Origin: Octopus bimaculoides | Lineage: Eukaryota | Length of the DNA: 64,000 bases | Assembly: GCF_001194135.2 (NCBI RefSeq) | Contig: NC_069000.1 | Location: 7,993,087-8,057,086, forward strand | Direction of reading: 5' to 3' | Notes under the pieces: generated by a model | Database searches by the model: none | Told to the model about the DNA's origin: nothing | What the model saw: the letters and a program-made list of their open reading frames with translations, nothing else | Made by a program: the position numbers and the translations under genes | Part shown: positions 11,791-25,462 of the stretch, one piece after another | Layout of the letters: each line of letters starts with the position of its first letter | Numbering within the stretch: the first letter of the stretch is position 1

Positions 11791-12969
11791 GCGGGGTGCA
11801 CTTGTGTAGTTATGCCATTTTTTCTATATCCATGTCCCATGATGTTCATACTTATTGTTTAGTTTGTTTCGGTTTTTTTTTCTTTTTCTTTTTTTGCTCT
11901 TCTGACATCTTGTCTTTATTTCAATTTAATACTTTGTGTCCATCATTTTATTACTGCCATCTAAATGTGTTAAATGTTTTTGCATTTTAAGCTTGTTGTT
12001 CTTTGAACTTATGTTTCAATATAAATCAATGTCAGAACAACTTGTCTTTCTACCGACGTTACTAAATGGAAGTCATAAGAATAAACAGCATGACTCCTTT
12101 CTTATTCTAGTCTTAATTCCATTCACGACATAGATCCATTTATAGAAATAGAGAACTATTTTAGCGTCATCATCAACTGTTATTATTTAGACCAGCCAAT
12201 TTCTTTATTAACCATGAAGTTGAGAAAAAGCGGGGACGATATGCGGACTGACAAAACAAATATTGGGGTCAGGGGATCGAATGAAACGAAACGTATGTAT
12301 AAACAATTAAAATATATACAATTAAATGAGAATGAGTGATTTACAAAAATTACATTACATTTGACAGAGACATCTGAATATTAAAGGGTTAATCAGTTTT
12401 TTAACTCATCTGTCATCTAACTATCAAGTTACTTTAGCATCCACAAACAAATGCAGTAATGATGATCAATTGGCACAATTAGCTGATTTTGTCCTGTGTA
12501 TCATGTTCTCTATCTTCTGTGGTAAACATTGTGCCTGCAGCAGCAATTTCTTCCCTTATAAATATCATAGCTCTTCAGGCTCAAATTTCTAATAACAATT
12601 ATTAGAAATTGTCAGCACTCCATAAATTGCCCAATAGCAAAATTTTGTAATTAATCTAGAAAAGTTTCACATCTGTGGCATATGCAATTCCATGGCATAC
12701 ATAAGTGTTGGTACTGCAACTATTTTGGCAGCATTACCTGTCGCTATGTCTGGCCTTGTTCCTTTTAACAATATTTCTTCTCTTCTTAGCAAAGAAACAT
12801 CCTTGTCGGAGATTAGCAGCAATGGAGATGCTTGGCTTTCATAGTAAAGTCATTTACTTTACTTTACACCTGTGAGAAAACAGCTGACACTCATTTCCAC
12901 AGGAACAGCAATTGGCCTCTTATCATCTTTACTGCTACTCATGGAAAAGAAACTAACACAAACCATCCT

Positions 12970-13197
12970 TTAACTCTTTAGCATTTAAACTGGTTACATC
13001 CAGCCCATATATTCTACTTGTTTTATGGTAAAATTGGCCAAATCTAGCCTCTCACACCTACCCTACAATGTCATTCTAAAAATAAGTAATCACATCATCA
13101 AAATCTCGAAGCTATGAGATAATGCATGATTAATTCAAACCAATGTGAATAAATAAGCATTACAATTGACAGAGTAATCTGAATGCTAAAGAGTTAA
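12970..13197 (+). mobile_element. piggyBac-type MITE (TTAA target, C[C/T]CTTTAGCAT terminal inverted repeat)
   Basis: TTAA-CTCTTTAGCATT ... AATGCTAAAGAG-TTAA. Same family at 21417-21631, 22198-22626 and 52120-52348. Confidence 0.75.
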
Positions 13198-13410
13198 GCT
13201 GTAAACCATCCCCCTATAACTACTTATGAGGAAACAATTCACACTATTGATTTCCATCTTCATAGAGCTTTTCAAAGACTTTCATCATCGTTGACTTGCC
13301 AATACCAATATTGAGCAGATTTTCATCTATATTTTAGACTTCTAAAAGATGTCAAACATCAATGGTTTATTGACTCTTCTCTCAGTTTGAGGTATTGTTT
13401 GTCTACATTC

Positions 13411-13443
<33 letters not shown>

Positions 13444-13561
13444 TGTATGTATGTATGTATGTGTGTATGTGTGTATGTATGTATGTATGTATGTATGTAT
13501 GTATGTATGTGTGTGTGTATGTATGTATGTATGTATGTATATATATTCTTTTATTCTTTTA

Positions 13562-13932
13562 TTCTTTTACTGGTTTCAGTCATTGACTGCGGCCATGCTG
13601 GAGCACCGCCTTAAGTCAAGCAAATCGATCCCAGGACTTATTCTTTATAAGCCTAGTACTTATTCTATCGGTCTCTTTTGCCGAACCGCTAAGTTACGGG
13701 GGACGTAAACACACCAGCATCAGTTGTCAAGCGATGTTGGGTGAACAAACACAGACACACAAACATATAAACACACAAACATATACACACACATACATAT
13801 ATATGTATATATATTTATACGACGGGCTTCTTTCAGTTTCCGTCTACCAAATCCACTCACAAGGCTTTGGTCAGCCCAAAGCTATAGTGGAAGACACTTG
13901 CCCAAGTGCCACGCAGTGGGACTGAACCTGGA
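13562..13932 (-). mobile_element. tRNA-derived CORE-like SINE family A
   Basis: Minus strand GGTTCAGTCCCACTGCGTGGCACTTGGGCAAGTGTCTT (B-box plus CORE-like segment). Other copies near 3360(+), 24120, 24785, 30675, 34765, 42345, 60270 and 63625. Confidence 0.75.
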
Positions 13933-15729
13933 ACACAATTTACCCAACCCCTCTTCTATTTCCATTTCACTCAACACAAAGTCAGAATATTTACCTACAG
14001 TCCTCCTCTACAATAACCAGTGTCCTCCATCTATTTCCTTCAGTCATCAGCTAGCAGTCCATCATCCATATCAAGAATGCCAAGCAAAAACTAGGGGCCA
14101 CTGCCCTTATTTTTGGGATTAAAATGCTAAGTGACACAATGTCTAATGCTCTAAGTTGAAAATTAATGATTTGATTTTAGTTCTTTTTCTTGTTGAAATA
14201 CGGGGACAGAGGAGATGAGAGATATTGATGGCAAAGCTACATATACAGGCCAGAGATGGTAACTGGCTGCATTAGAAACGTTGGTTTATTGTAATTATGG
14301 TGGGACAGTGAGATGTAAAGATGACAGCTCTTACTTGTCATCAACTGTTATGATTCTGTTGCTCACAATGAGTGAAAAGACAAAAACAAGTAACAAGTAA
14401 AATAAAATTTAACGATACAAAATATATATTGCTTTGATATAACGTAATTACCAAAGAATATATTTTGTCTAATTCTAGACATTTTCTCATCAAACTTAAC
14501 AATGAAATATTATGGAAGATATATGTGAAATAAACCAGAAATAAATTATTAGAAATACAAAACAAACTCAAAGGAAAATTCTCAGGTAAAAGAGAGGTAA
14601 ATGGAGATAATGTGAATGCTTCTAGACTGATCTATGGAAGTCCAGGTTTTTACTCTAATTTTCTCCTCTATTATTACTGGAATAAGTTAACAATAGCTGT
14701 CTGTGAAAATTGGCACTTCCATATTTTGGCATTTCTGTTGGAATATAAATGGCTTGTTATAATCATGAAATGTGAGAAGCACACTTGTAGATCTTTTCTA
14801 AACACAGCAATACACATAAATAGATTCACACATGCACACATGCACATACACACACGCATGCACACACACACACGCACACAAACAAATACATACATATATG
14901 TATGCATAAATAAATAAATGCATAAATGTGTACATAGACACATACATATGTATGTACATATATATACATATGAACATACATACACACCCAATACACATAC
15001 ATACATATATATGTACATGTAAAACACTTCAGTTGTTTAGCATGTATTAAGTGTATACACATGTGTAGACATCCAAATATATATATATGTGTGTACACAT
15101 ATGTATGTCAAAATGTACAGATCCATTCATGTAATTGCATCTATGTTTGCACATATATGTGCACATACATACGTGCATGTATGCTTATATGCACACAACA
15201 ACAATATATGCACATGTATAAACGTGAATACATACATACACATGCATTAAATATACACATACATTCATACATACATCATATGCATTACATTCATACATAG
15301 AGTCATGCATTTATATACACACATATGCATGAAAAGTCATCCATCCTTCCATCCATCCATCCATCCATCCACCCATATATACATGTATACATACATATAT
15401 ACATACATACATACATGCATACATACATACTTACAAATACAGAAATACATATGGACACATAAATACAGATACACATATGCATACAGATACATGCATACAC
15501 TCACAAATATACACACACACATACATTCATACAAATACACATATACACACACATACTAGCATACAGATACATATATACATACATACATACGTTCATACAT
15601 ACATGAGTACCCCAGTGATGTGTAAGTTCTTGTGAAAAGACCGTTACTCTGCTAAAGCCATCTCTTCCTCTCTCCACACACACACAATGCATTCACACAT
15701 AAACACACATATTCATAGATACACACACT

Positions 15730-15773
<44 letters not shown>

Positions 15774-16528
15774 CACACACATGCACATGGTGTAGGCCAA
15801 CTTGTATCATAGTACAACCACTTCTTAGAAAATTTGTAAATTTCTTAGGTGTTACCATAGAAACCTACAAATAGGGAATAACTCCCAGCCACGAGATGAC
15901 TGGCCAGTTCTAGAATTAGACAAACTTTGTTTAAGCCACTTTTTCCAGGTCCCCCTTAATTAATTAACATGCTTTGGCATGGCTTCTACAGTTGGATGTC
16001 TTTCCTAACATCAACAGAGTGTACAGGGTGCTTTTTTCATGACACCTGCACTAGTGCAGTCACAAGACAAAACCCTTTCACAGAGTGAAAATGAAGTATT
16101 GAGGGAGGTGGCTTTGTGCCAGGTGATGAAAAGTCAAAGTTTAGTTTGTAACAGAAGAGACCAGCAAACTAAACCGCTTATGTAGAAGTTTGAAATTACA
16201 CAATTCCAGCTGGTCAAGCCTGGTCAGTTTTTTTGCTTCTCTCTTCACCATAGCAGTTTTTAATATAGTGTGTTTCCATTAGGTTCCTGTATGTGAAAGT
16301 AATTAAAGTGAGTGAAGCGTGCAGAGAACTGCACTCACCCACTGGTGCTCTCTAAATTCCAATGAAAAAGCTTTGGTTTTAGGCTAGAAACCACATCTTT
16401 CTCCATTGGTGAGAAATTTGAAAAATAAAAATGAAGAATTCATACATACATACATACGTACATACATACATACGTACGTACATACATACATACATACATA
16501 CATATCAATACACACTCACAGACATACA

Positions 16529-16572
<44 letters not shown>

Positions 16573-17992
16573 CATATAGATATACATACATATATAAAAG
16601 ATACATACATACAAATACTCACATACACACATATACATACAGATATACACATACACACACATACATACATACATTCATATGTATATATACTTACAAATAC
16701 ACACATACATATGGACATATAAATACAGATACGTTCATGCATACACTCACATATATGCATGCATACACACATGAAAATACATACATACACACACAAGCAT
16801 ACAAATACATACATACATATACACATACAAATACATACATACATACATACTTACATACATACATACTCACACATACATACACACATACATACAAATAGAT
16901 ATAAATACCTACATATGCACACAAAAGCACACACATACAAGTATATACACATACAAGTATACACACATATTTTCTCTGTCTTCTCTCTCGTTTCATTCAA
17001 TAACTTCCAGTTTTCACCTCAGTTGTTTTGTTCATCGAATTCATAGTCGGAAGTTAATCAGTTTTGGCTCCATAACTAATTCGTTACGAAATATATTTTC
17101 TTGTCATATTAGGTGTGTTAAAATTGATTGTATAATCTAAGTCTACCTTGAAAAAACATTTGTAATAACAGGTTAATTTTCACCATCATTAACAAAGCTG
17201 ACATTTTTAGAAGCTATACCATTTAATATAGCTTACTTCATACAAGGGTTTTCTGACTGTAAAAAAAACTGTAAAAAGAAAAGACAATGGCTTTCTATTC
17301 ACTTAGCATTTGTGTTTGTGTCTCGTTGATGTCTACACACAGTATTTGTTATACATTCAATATCTGTACAGGAAGGCAGTGAGCTGACAGAAACGTTAAC
17401 CTACACTGGGCGAAATTTCTTAGTGGAATTTCATCTGTCTTTAAGTTCTGAGCTCAAATTCCATCGAGGTCGACTTTACCTTTCATCTTTTCAGGGTTGA
17501 TAAATTAAGTACCAGTTGCGTACCGAGGTCAATCTAATCGACTGGCTCCTTCCCTAAAAATTTCAGGACTTGTGCCTAGAGCAGAAAAAAATATCTATAC
17601 AGAGACAATCTTTCCTCTTGACATATACAGCCAATGTATCTCTCTCTCTATATATATATGCAATCAACATGTACACAGTGTTTATCTATACTGTAATTGT
17701 CTGTGCACCCTTCTGTGTATCAGTGCATGTTTATTTCAATATGTATGTGTATCCAGCTCATCCCATGCCAGCATGGAAAAAAAAGAATGTTAAATGACGA
17801 TGACAATAATGAGGATGATGATAAAGTGTATCTTGATGATACTTGCTCTTTGTGTTCTACTGAGTCAGAAAATTATAAATTTATTACACTAACAAATCAT
17901 AAAGTTATGATAAACGAAACATAAATTTATTATATAAAAAAAACTAAAATCTGTCAAAAAGTCAATGCAATCAGAAAACATGTGATACTTAC

Positions 17993-18246
17993 ATAATTTG
18001 CAAATTTGAGGACGTGTTTCAATCCCATTGACATTCCATGATGCTCCATCGCCAAGAACAAGGTATTCAGGACAATAGTGAAAATGATGAAGACATCTGT
18101 AAATGAATCGGAGATGATATAATGGGCATATGACTGAATTCTCATCCAAGGAGTGAAACAACAGCGGCAACATTTCTTGCAGCAAGAACAGTTTCGGTCA
18201 TGAAGGTGAGAGTCTTCCAGATGAGAATGGTTGCATTGGTTAGTAT
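17993..18246 (-). CDS. Nav2: Nav2 exon: end of I-II linker, DII S1 and S1-S2 loop (DTNQCNH...CSCCKKCCRCCFTPWMRIQ...IVLNTLFLAMEHHGM...KFANY)
   Basis: Acceptor (t)10ctctacag, donor gtaagt, 254 nt, phase 1 to phase 0. Lies inside ORF 17954..18283. Confidence 0.95.
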
Positions 18247-18949
18247 CTGTAGAGAAAAAAAAAAAGAAAAGGTCAGTGAACAATGGGTGACATTGGACAT
18301 ATGGATGTTATTATAAGGTCATTGATTTCATGTACTTATGTACAAAGTTTGTCCAAAATAACATTAATTAGTTGTGCTAGAGGGAGTTGTTGTCTTAGAG
18401 GTCATCTCTTTAAATTTAGTATGGCTTGGATGGGTCTGCAATAAAGAGACCCTCTATGTGTCACTTCAGAAAATCACGAACATCATATAATCTCGTTTCT
18501 CCTCCTTGATTAAAATGAGGCCTTGTGCCTATATAAGAAATGGGTACAGGCATAGTTATATAGTTAAGATGTTTGTTCTGACCTAACATGGTTTCTAGTG
18601 TATACAGCACCAGTGTCCTTCATCAAAGTCTGGGTCAGTGAAATTTGGTTAACAAAAATTGTGTAAGTGGATCAGAGAGAAGAGTTCCTATTGCTGGCTT
18701 ATAGACTTAATCCATCTCCTTGTTTAATATTACCAACACCTGAATACTCTTTGATATTGTTAGGAGGGTCTATCTTATTGCAAGTATTGAGGCCATATGT
18801 TTGGTGATGATAACTTCTTCCCTTCTACATTCACACAACCAGTCATGGTTGACCCCATAAAATGGCAAAGGCACTGCCATTCCTTCCATTAGAGACATGA
18901 AGTGATGTAAGACATCTATATTTATAGACAAAGTGGGAAACAATTATAC

Positions 18950-19203
18950 CAATGTGTAGCACATTCATTATATGCATACAAATGTGGAACAACACTAGTT
19001 GTAATATTCTGTTTCTGAGAAACTTCTCAAAAAGAATTTTGTGTTAAAAACACAAGGACTTTATTTAGATTCACCAGCATTCTGAGCAAAGACCTGTATG
19101 TCTCTTTGAGCAAAGTCTTGTGTTTTTAACATACAAGTCTCTTGGAGAAGTTTCTCTGACAAGATATTAAAACTAGTGCTGTACCACACTTGTATACACA
19201 TTG
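18950..19203. repeat. Long imperfect inverted repeat (hairpin MITE-like), arms ~95 bp
   Basis: Left arm TACAAATGTGGAACAACACTAGTT...GAGAAACTTCTC...TGTTAAAAACACAAG matches the reverse complement of 19100-19197. Confidence 0.8.
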
Positions 19204-19779
19204 TAAATTTTACACCACCAGTATTTTAATCCGCAGTTGTTTCAAGTGCATATATTTGTAATTTAATACTTCTCCATTCTCTGTTTCTTCCATTGCTGCC
19301 AACAATATCAGTCTGAAATATTTCTTTGTTGGAAATTTCTAAAAAATGTTAGTTTAAAAATAAGAATATCTTATAAAGATTTCTCACAAGTAGTTGCTCT
19401 ATATTTTTGGTTTCAATATTCTGAACAGACTAAACCTCAAAATAACCACAACTACTCCTCCCCCAACCCACCATTTATTCCACTCTTCCATCTCAGTCTA
19501 CTTTTTTCTGTTCATCACCAATCAATGAAAATATTGAAGTCAGTTGTTTTCATTTCCGCCTGTCTTCAAATAGTTTTAGTTTTGCCATGACTGTAACAGT
19601 CATTGGCTTCTTTTAGACAAGAGAGGAGGTTCTAGACCAAGGGCTTAGAAAACCTTTCTCATTTGAAGTATACAACATTAAATTAACAAAAATCTAATAA
19701 GGTTGCCTTTAAGAAAATTTTATCAAATTTACAGATAAATGTAATTATATTTATTATGAAAACATAAATATTATTAGAG

Positions 19780-19817
<38 letters not shown>

Positions 19818-20038
19818 ATGCAAACTGATCTTTTAAGGGTTTATTCTTTTGTTTTAATTTGACATTAACATTTCCATGCTAGTATATATATATATATATA
19901 AATTTCTATCCGAGGAATTTCTGATAGGAAATTCCTTCCATGTCTATCTAACATATAGACTCTGTAATTTCTAGTAGCAGATGAAATACATGTAATGGTG
20001 AATAAATACTGCCAATATATATTCCAACTTCATATTTT

Positions 20039-20125
<87 letters not shown>

Positions 20126-20140
20126 GATACATTAACTGAC

Positions 20141-20207
20141 CTCCTTCTGACACTGTCAAAGTGTTTCGTCTTTCTTGTTCCTTTAAAATCTGCTCTCGGG
20201 CTGTAGC
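20141..20207 (-). CDS. Nav2: Probable Nav2 exon: I-II linker (ATAREQILKEQERRNTLTVSEG)
   Basis: Acceptor attttcag, donor gtcagt, 67 nt, open in phase 0 to phase 1. This bridges the phase-0 DI-S6 exon to the phase-1 DII-S1 exon. Charged, helix-like composition as expected after S6. Confidence 0.8.
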
Positions 20208-21416
20208 CTGAAAATATTATATAGATTATTAAACATTTCATGCTACAACAAAATATTATTTAGAAAGAGTATACTGTATTGGAAACATGTCATATCTCTA
20301 TCATATATTATGTCAATATTGCTAACATGTGATAACTCATAAATATATACTGTAATCAGTATAAAACTACTTAAATAAAATATGCTATTATATAGATAGA
20401 AGTACAACATAGATTACAGCTACTTGTCATGTCAATGTTTTTCATATCTGTAGATGTCTGTCTTTGTGTATATGTTTATGATGTTTGGATGCTTGGTATA
20501 CCAGAGTAAATGGTTTTTACTGTGAATTTCCCTGTATTAACAATGTATTACATTAAGCTCTTATTGACCATTCCCTATTTGATAAATAGTAGAGAGAATA
20601 CAGCAAAGCTCTGTGGTCCCTGGTCTGTTTCTTTGCTACCCTACTTTTGTTTCTGCTGAATAATAGACAATTTATGATGAACACAGCATAAATCTACAGA
20701 AAGAATTCAAACTGTGATGACGACTGCAGAAATCAATGACTGAAGACAGAAGAGGAAGACATATAGAAGAGACAGGAAAGGAGGATGGAGAAGAAAACAA
20801 AACTAAGAAGAGAGAAGAGGAAGAGGTGATGACTGAGGAGAAAAAGTAAGACAAAACAGTTGCTTATAATTAAAGAGAGAAGAGAGATGCTGAAGGATTG
20901 ACTGAGAAGAAAAAGACAAGACAGTTGCTGATAATTAAAGAAAGTAGTTTAACTGGTGGTGTTTTCTGTGATAATACTTAACTCTGTTTTAACGTAGAGA
21001 TTATGTGCTGAAAGCTGCACCAAGTAAATGAGATACACTTGTAAAAATAAAGCAGAAACAATTCACTTTTTTTGTTTCCTTTTTTATTTTTTATTTTTAC
21101 ATCCATTTTATTTATTTGTTGCACAAATTGGACAGGTTTGCTAATAACTCTGTTGTTGCCTGTGATGTTGTTGCTTGTGATGATGAAGTTGTTGTTGTTG
21201 TTACCTGCGATGATGTGGTTGTCTGATATGATGTTCTTGTTAGGTGGAGTGCAACGGTGTTGCTAGGTGGACTCTATCAGCACTTGGATGTACTGATTCT
21301 CCTGACATCCAGATGAAGCCTGAGACAGTCTTGTATAGAGCAGTTGCAGTTGTGATGAGGGTGTCCCCAGAAGAGTATTGTCAGTAACAGGAGTACTGTT
21401 GCTCTGCTGGAGCATC

Positions 21417-21631
21417 TTAACCCTTTAGTATTTAAACTGGCCAAAATATTCCACCTGCTTTATGTCCAAAATGACTAAATCTGATCCACTCACACCTACC
21501 CTACAATGTCATTCTAGAAGTAAACAACCACAATATCTAACTCTTGAAGCTATAAAATTATTCATGATTAATTTAAAACAATGTGAATAAGTATTATAAT
21601 TGATCGAATAATATGAAAACTAAAGGGTTAA
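21417..21631 (+). mobile_element. piggyBac-type MITE copy
   Basis: TTAACCCTTTAG ... CTAAAGGGTTAA, with internal similarity to the 12970 copy. Confidence 0.72.
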
Positions 21632-22197
21632 TCATGATCCATATGGTTTCTCTCATTGTTGCAAGGAACATCAGACTGAAGGTCCTGAAGAACAGTGATG
21701 GGGAGTGTATGAGTAACAGGCCATTCTAGAATATTCTGTAGGTGTGAGATCTATTGCCATAGTTATCATAGCACAACAGGAGTGGGTTGTGTTTTGAAAT
21801 TGTCTCAAATCTCAAAATTATTTCGGAGTTTGGGGTTTGAGTGTCTGAATCTGGAAATGAGTGATGCAGGAGAATTGGAATTCAGCCAAAAGTATATTTG
21901 TAGAATGTGAACCGTTGAGAATGGGAGCTTCCTAGAATGATTAAAAGCCCCCAGCAGAATAGCTACCCTTTCCAGCATCAACAGAGGCCCTATTAAGGAC
22001 TAAGCTATATTTCTAGTTTAGCATAAGGAATGAGAGTATAACGAAGAGCAGAATGAAATTATGAATAGTTTCCATTTAATTTATATTAGAATATATTTTA
22101 TCAACCCCCAGACTGTGGTAAAGTGAAGTTGACCGCAAAAGGATTTGAACTTCAAACCACAAGCTTAGTTCTTTCTACACTAGTTCTGCAGCATTAG

Positions 22198-22626
22198 TTA
22201 ACTCTTTAGCATTTAAACTGGCCATATACAGCCAAAATATTCTATGTGCTTTATGTTCAAAACCATCTGGATCTCGCCTCTCACACCTCATCTACAATGT
22301 CATTTGAAAAATATACAATTGTCATCAAAATCTCAAAGCTATGAGATAATGTTTGATTAATTCAAAACAATGTGAATAAATAAGTGTTGTGTTTCACTCT
22401 TACAAGACAAATGTTGAATGTTTGGAACTGCAAGTTACACAGCTCACTTTTCGAGAAGCACACTGTACTGTTCTTAGTAACATTCTCCTGTCATGATTTC
22501 CATGTGGTTGCACAAGACTTCCTTTGAGAGTTCTATATACATATCAGGATACCAAATCAGCAACCCAATGCAACTGTCACAATAAGCATTACATTTGACA
22601 GAGTAATCTGAATACTAAAGGGTTAA
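22198..22626 (+). mobile_element. piggyBac-type MITE copy with a ~200-bp internal insertion
   Basis: Same termini. Insertion at ~22385-22580 is flanked by a duplicated AATAAG. Confidence 0.7.
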
Positions 22627-22821
22627 TGATAATATCAATAAATCAATGATTGATTATTGCTACATTTGATTGGAGGTGGGGTAAGAGGAGAGAGGATAGG
22701 TTTTCATTATCGCTGTCACCATCACTTACATCATCATCACCATTGTCCTTGCTGTCACCACCACCATGGCCATCATCACCACAAATCAATTAAAGAAGCT
22801 TTTTTATATGGTCATTGTGAA

Positions 22822-23110
22822 GGTGCATGGCTTAGTGGTTAGGGTATTTGGCTCACAATTGCAAGGTCATGAGTTCAATTCCTGGTGACATGTTGTGTCC
22901 TTGAGCAAGACACTTCATTTTATGTTGCTCCACTCCACTCCGCTGGCAAAAATGAATTGTACTTGTAATTCAAAGGTCCAGTATGCTGAATCTCCCTGAG
23001 AACTACATAAAGGATACACATGTCCGTGGAGTACTCAGCCACATCTGTGTTAACTTCAAGAGCAGGCTGTTCCATTGATCGAATCAACTGGAACCCTCAT
23101 CGAGTGCCAG
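22822..23110 (+). mobile_element. tRNA-derived SINE family C
   Basis: GGCTTAGTGGTTAGGGT...GAGTTCAATTCC...TCCTTGAGCAAGACAC. Related copies near 590-825(-), 49835(+), 50130-50355(-) and 58270-58470(-). Confidence 0.7.
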
Positions 23111-23622
23111 GGGTTAGTTTATATGGTCATTAGATCTGCTAGAAAATACTGCTTAATCAACCTCAAATTACATACCCATCTTTAAAACAGAGAAGGATAA
23201 TGTAGTTCTTATTTATTCCGAAAATGACTGAACTGTAACTGGCTGAATAGTTTTGATCATGTGTCTAATGTGTCTATTTAATCATGGTTGACCTGTGGCT
23301 AAACAAGTATAACAATAACAGCAGCAACAGCATTATCATCATCAATAGCAACACATTTTGTCTTATCAGTGTTTTCATGACATGAAGGGCTAAATGGCTT
23401 TGTAACCCAACATGTCTTCATGTATCTCATTCTTCCCTCATCTCTTCTGCTGTCAGTCAATGTTCTAACACTTTCAGTTCTTACGTAAACTATTACCAAC
23501 ACATCTTTGATTCATCTTTCACCACTCACTCCCTCCTTCCCTCAACCTAACATATTTCATTCAGTGAAGGAACATAAAACCAATGTTGTACTGTCAGTCA
23601 GAGGCCATTGACAGTAACAACA

Positions 23623-24018
23623 TCTCTCTCTCTCTCCCCACCTCTCTCTCTCTCCCCACCTCTCTCTCTCTCCCCACCTCTCTCTCTCTCCCCACCTCTC
23701 TCTANNNNNNNNNNNNNNNNNNNNNNNNNNNNNNNNNNNNNNNNNNNNNNNNNNNNNNNNNNNNNNNNNNNNNNNNNNNNNNNNNNNNNNNNNNNNNNNN
23801 NNNNNNNNNNNNNNNNNNNNNNNNNNNNNNNNNNNNNNNNNNNNNNNNNNNNNNNNNNNNNNNNNNNNNNNNNNNNNNNNNNNNNNNNNNNNNNNNNNNN
23901 NNNNNNNNNNNNNNNNNNNNNNNNNNNNNNNNNNNNCACCTCTCTCTCTCTCCCCACCTCTCTCTCTCTCCCCACCTCTCTCTCTCTCCCCACCTCTCTC
24001 TCTCTCCCCACCTCTCTC
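23623..24018 (+). repeat. 18-bp tandem repeat (CT)nCCCCAC spanning an N gap
   Basis: Read directly. Confidence 0.9.
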
Positions 24019-24438
24019 TAATATGTCTTGTCTCTTCACAGACACCTAGCTAAACACATACACACATACACACACACATGCTCGCTTACATATACATATG
24101 CACTCAATAGAGATACACATATTACTCTTGTTTCAGTCATGTGACTGTGGCCATGCTGGAGCACTGTTTTTAATTGAGCAAATATGATGGCCTTCTTTCA
24201 GTTTCTGTCTACCAAATTCACTCACAAGGCTTTGGTCGGCCTAAGGTTATAGTAGAAGACACTTGCCCAAAGTGCCATGCAGTGGGACTGAATCCGGAAC
24301 CATAATAATATTCTTGTGTTTTTCTCTGCCGCAACATATGAATGAGAAAGGAAGGGGTAATGGCAAACTGGTAGTGGGAGTGTTTCAACTCTGTGTGAGT
24401 ATATGTGTGTCAATGTAAAAGGGAGGTATGTGAATGTT

Positions 24439-24477
<39 letters not shown>

Positions 24478-25170
24478 AATGGAATTGGAATTGGGATGGT
24501 GAACATTCAACGCTGAAAAGAAATATCAGGCAGCGTTTCAACTCTGTGTAAGTATATGTGCGTATGTGTGTGCGTGTACAAAGGGAGTATGTGAATGTTT
24601 GTATGTATGAATTAGTGTTCGTTCAGTAACAAACGATGATTGATGTCACCTCAAAAGACAACCACTAGATGACATTGACAAGTGTATTAATTTGATTTAC
24701 CATCCATATTTATATATAAAATGCTACAATTAGCCATCATTTTTAACGGCATGGGGGCAGCTAGTATATTTATATATATATGACAAGCTTTTTTCAGTTG
24801 CTGTCTACTAAATTCTTTCACAAGGCTTTGGTCATCCCAGGGCTATAGTAAAAGACATTTGGCCAAGGTGCCACATAATGGGACTGAACCTGAAACCATG
24901 TGGTTAGGAAGCAAACTTCTTACCTCACAGTCATGCCTGCACCTATGTTAACTTATTGTACAATGTATTAAAAAGCTAGGCCAGACAATTTAGAGATAAA
25001 CCTTTTAGACAATAGAAATTCTGTCTTGTCACAAAATATAAATCCTGCCCTGTCACCAAAAACGTGAACAATTTTACTATAAAACAGCTGTATAACAAAC
25101 AATAAAAAATCACTTTGTAAAATATAGTTTCTTTTATAGTAAAACAATTTAATCTTTTTTTTTCTACTTT

Positions 25171-25371
25171 AGGCACAAGGCCTGAAATTTTGGGGAGGGT
25201 GGCCAGTCGATTAGATCAACCCCAGTATGCAACTGGTACTTAATTTATCGACCCCGAAAGGATGAAAGGCAAAGTCGACCTCGGTGGAATTTGAACTCAG
25301 AACGTAAAGACAGACGAAATACCGCTAAGCATTTCACCTGGTGTGCTAACGTTTCTGCCAGCTCGTTGTCT
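25171..25371 (-). mobile_element. tRNA-derived SINE family B (central GTCGACTTTGCCTTTCATCCTTTCGGGGTCGATAAATTAAGTACCAG)
   Basis: Pol III A/B-box-like head (TGGCAGAAAC...GAGTTCAAATTCC). Other copies near 17370(+), 40835(-), 47150(-), 49035(-), 49545(+), 54372(+), 62486(+), 62745(+) and 63305(-). Confidence 0.8.
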
Positions 25372-25413
25372 TAAAACAATTTAATCTTGTCATAAAACAT
25401 AGTNNNNNNNNNN

Positions 25414-25462
<49 letters not shown>

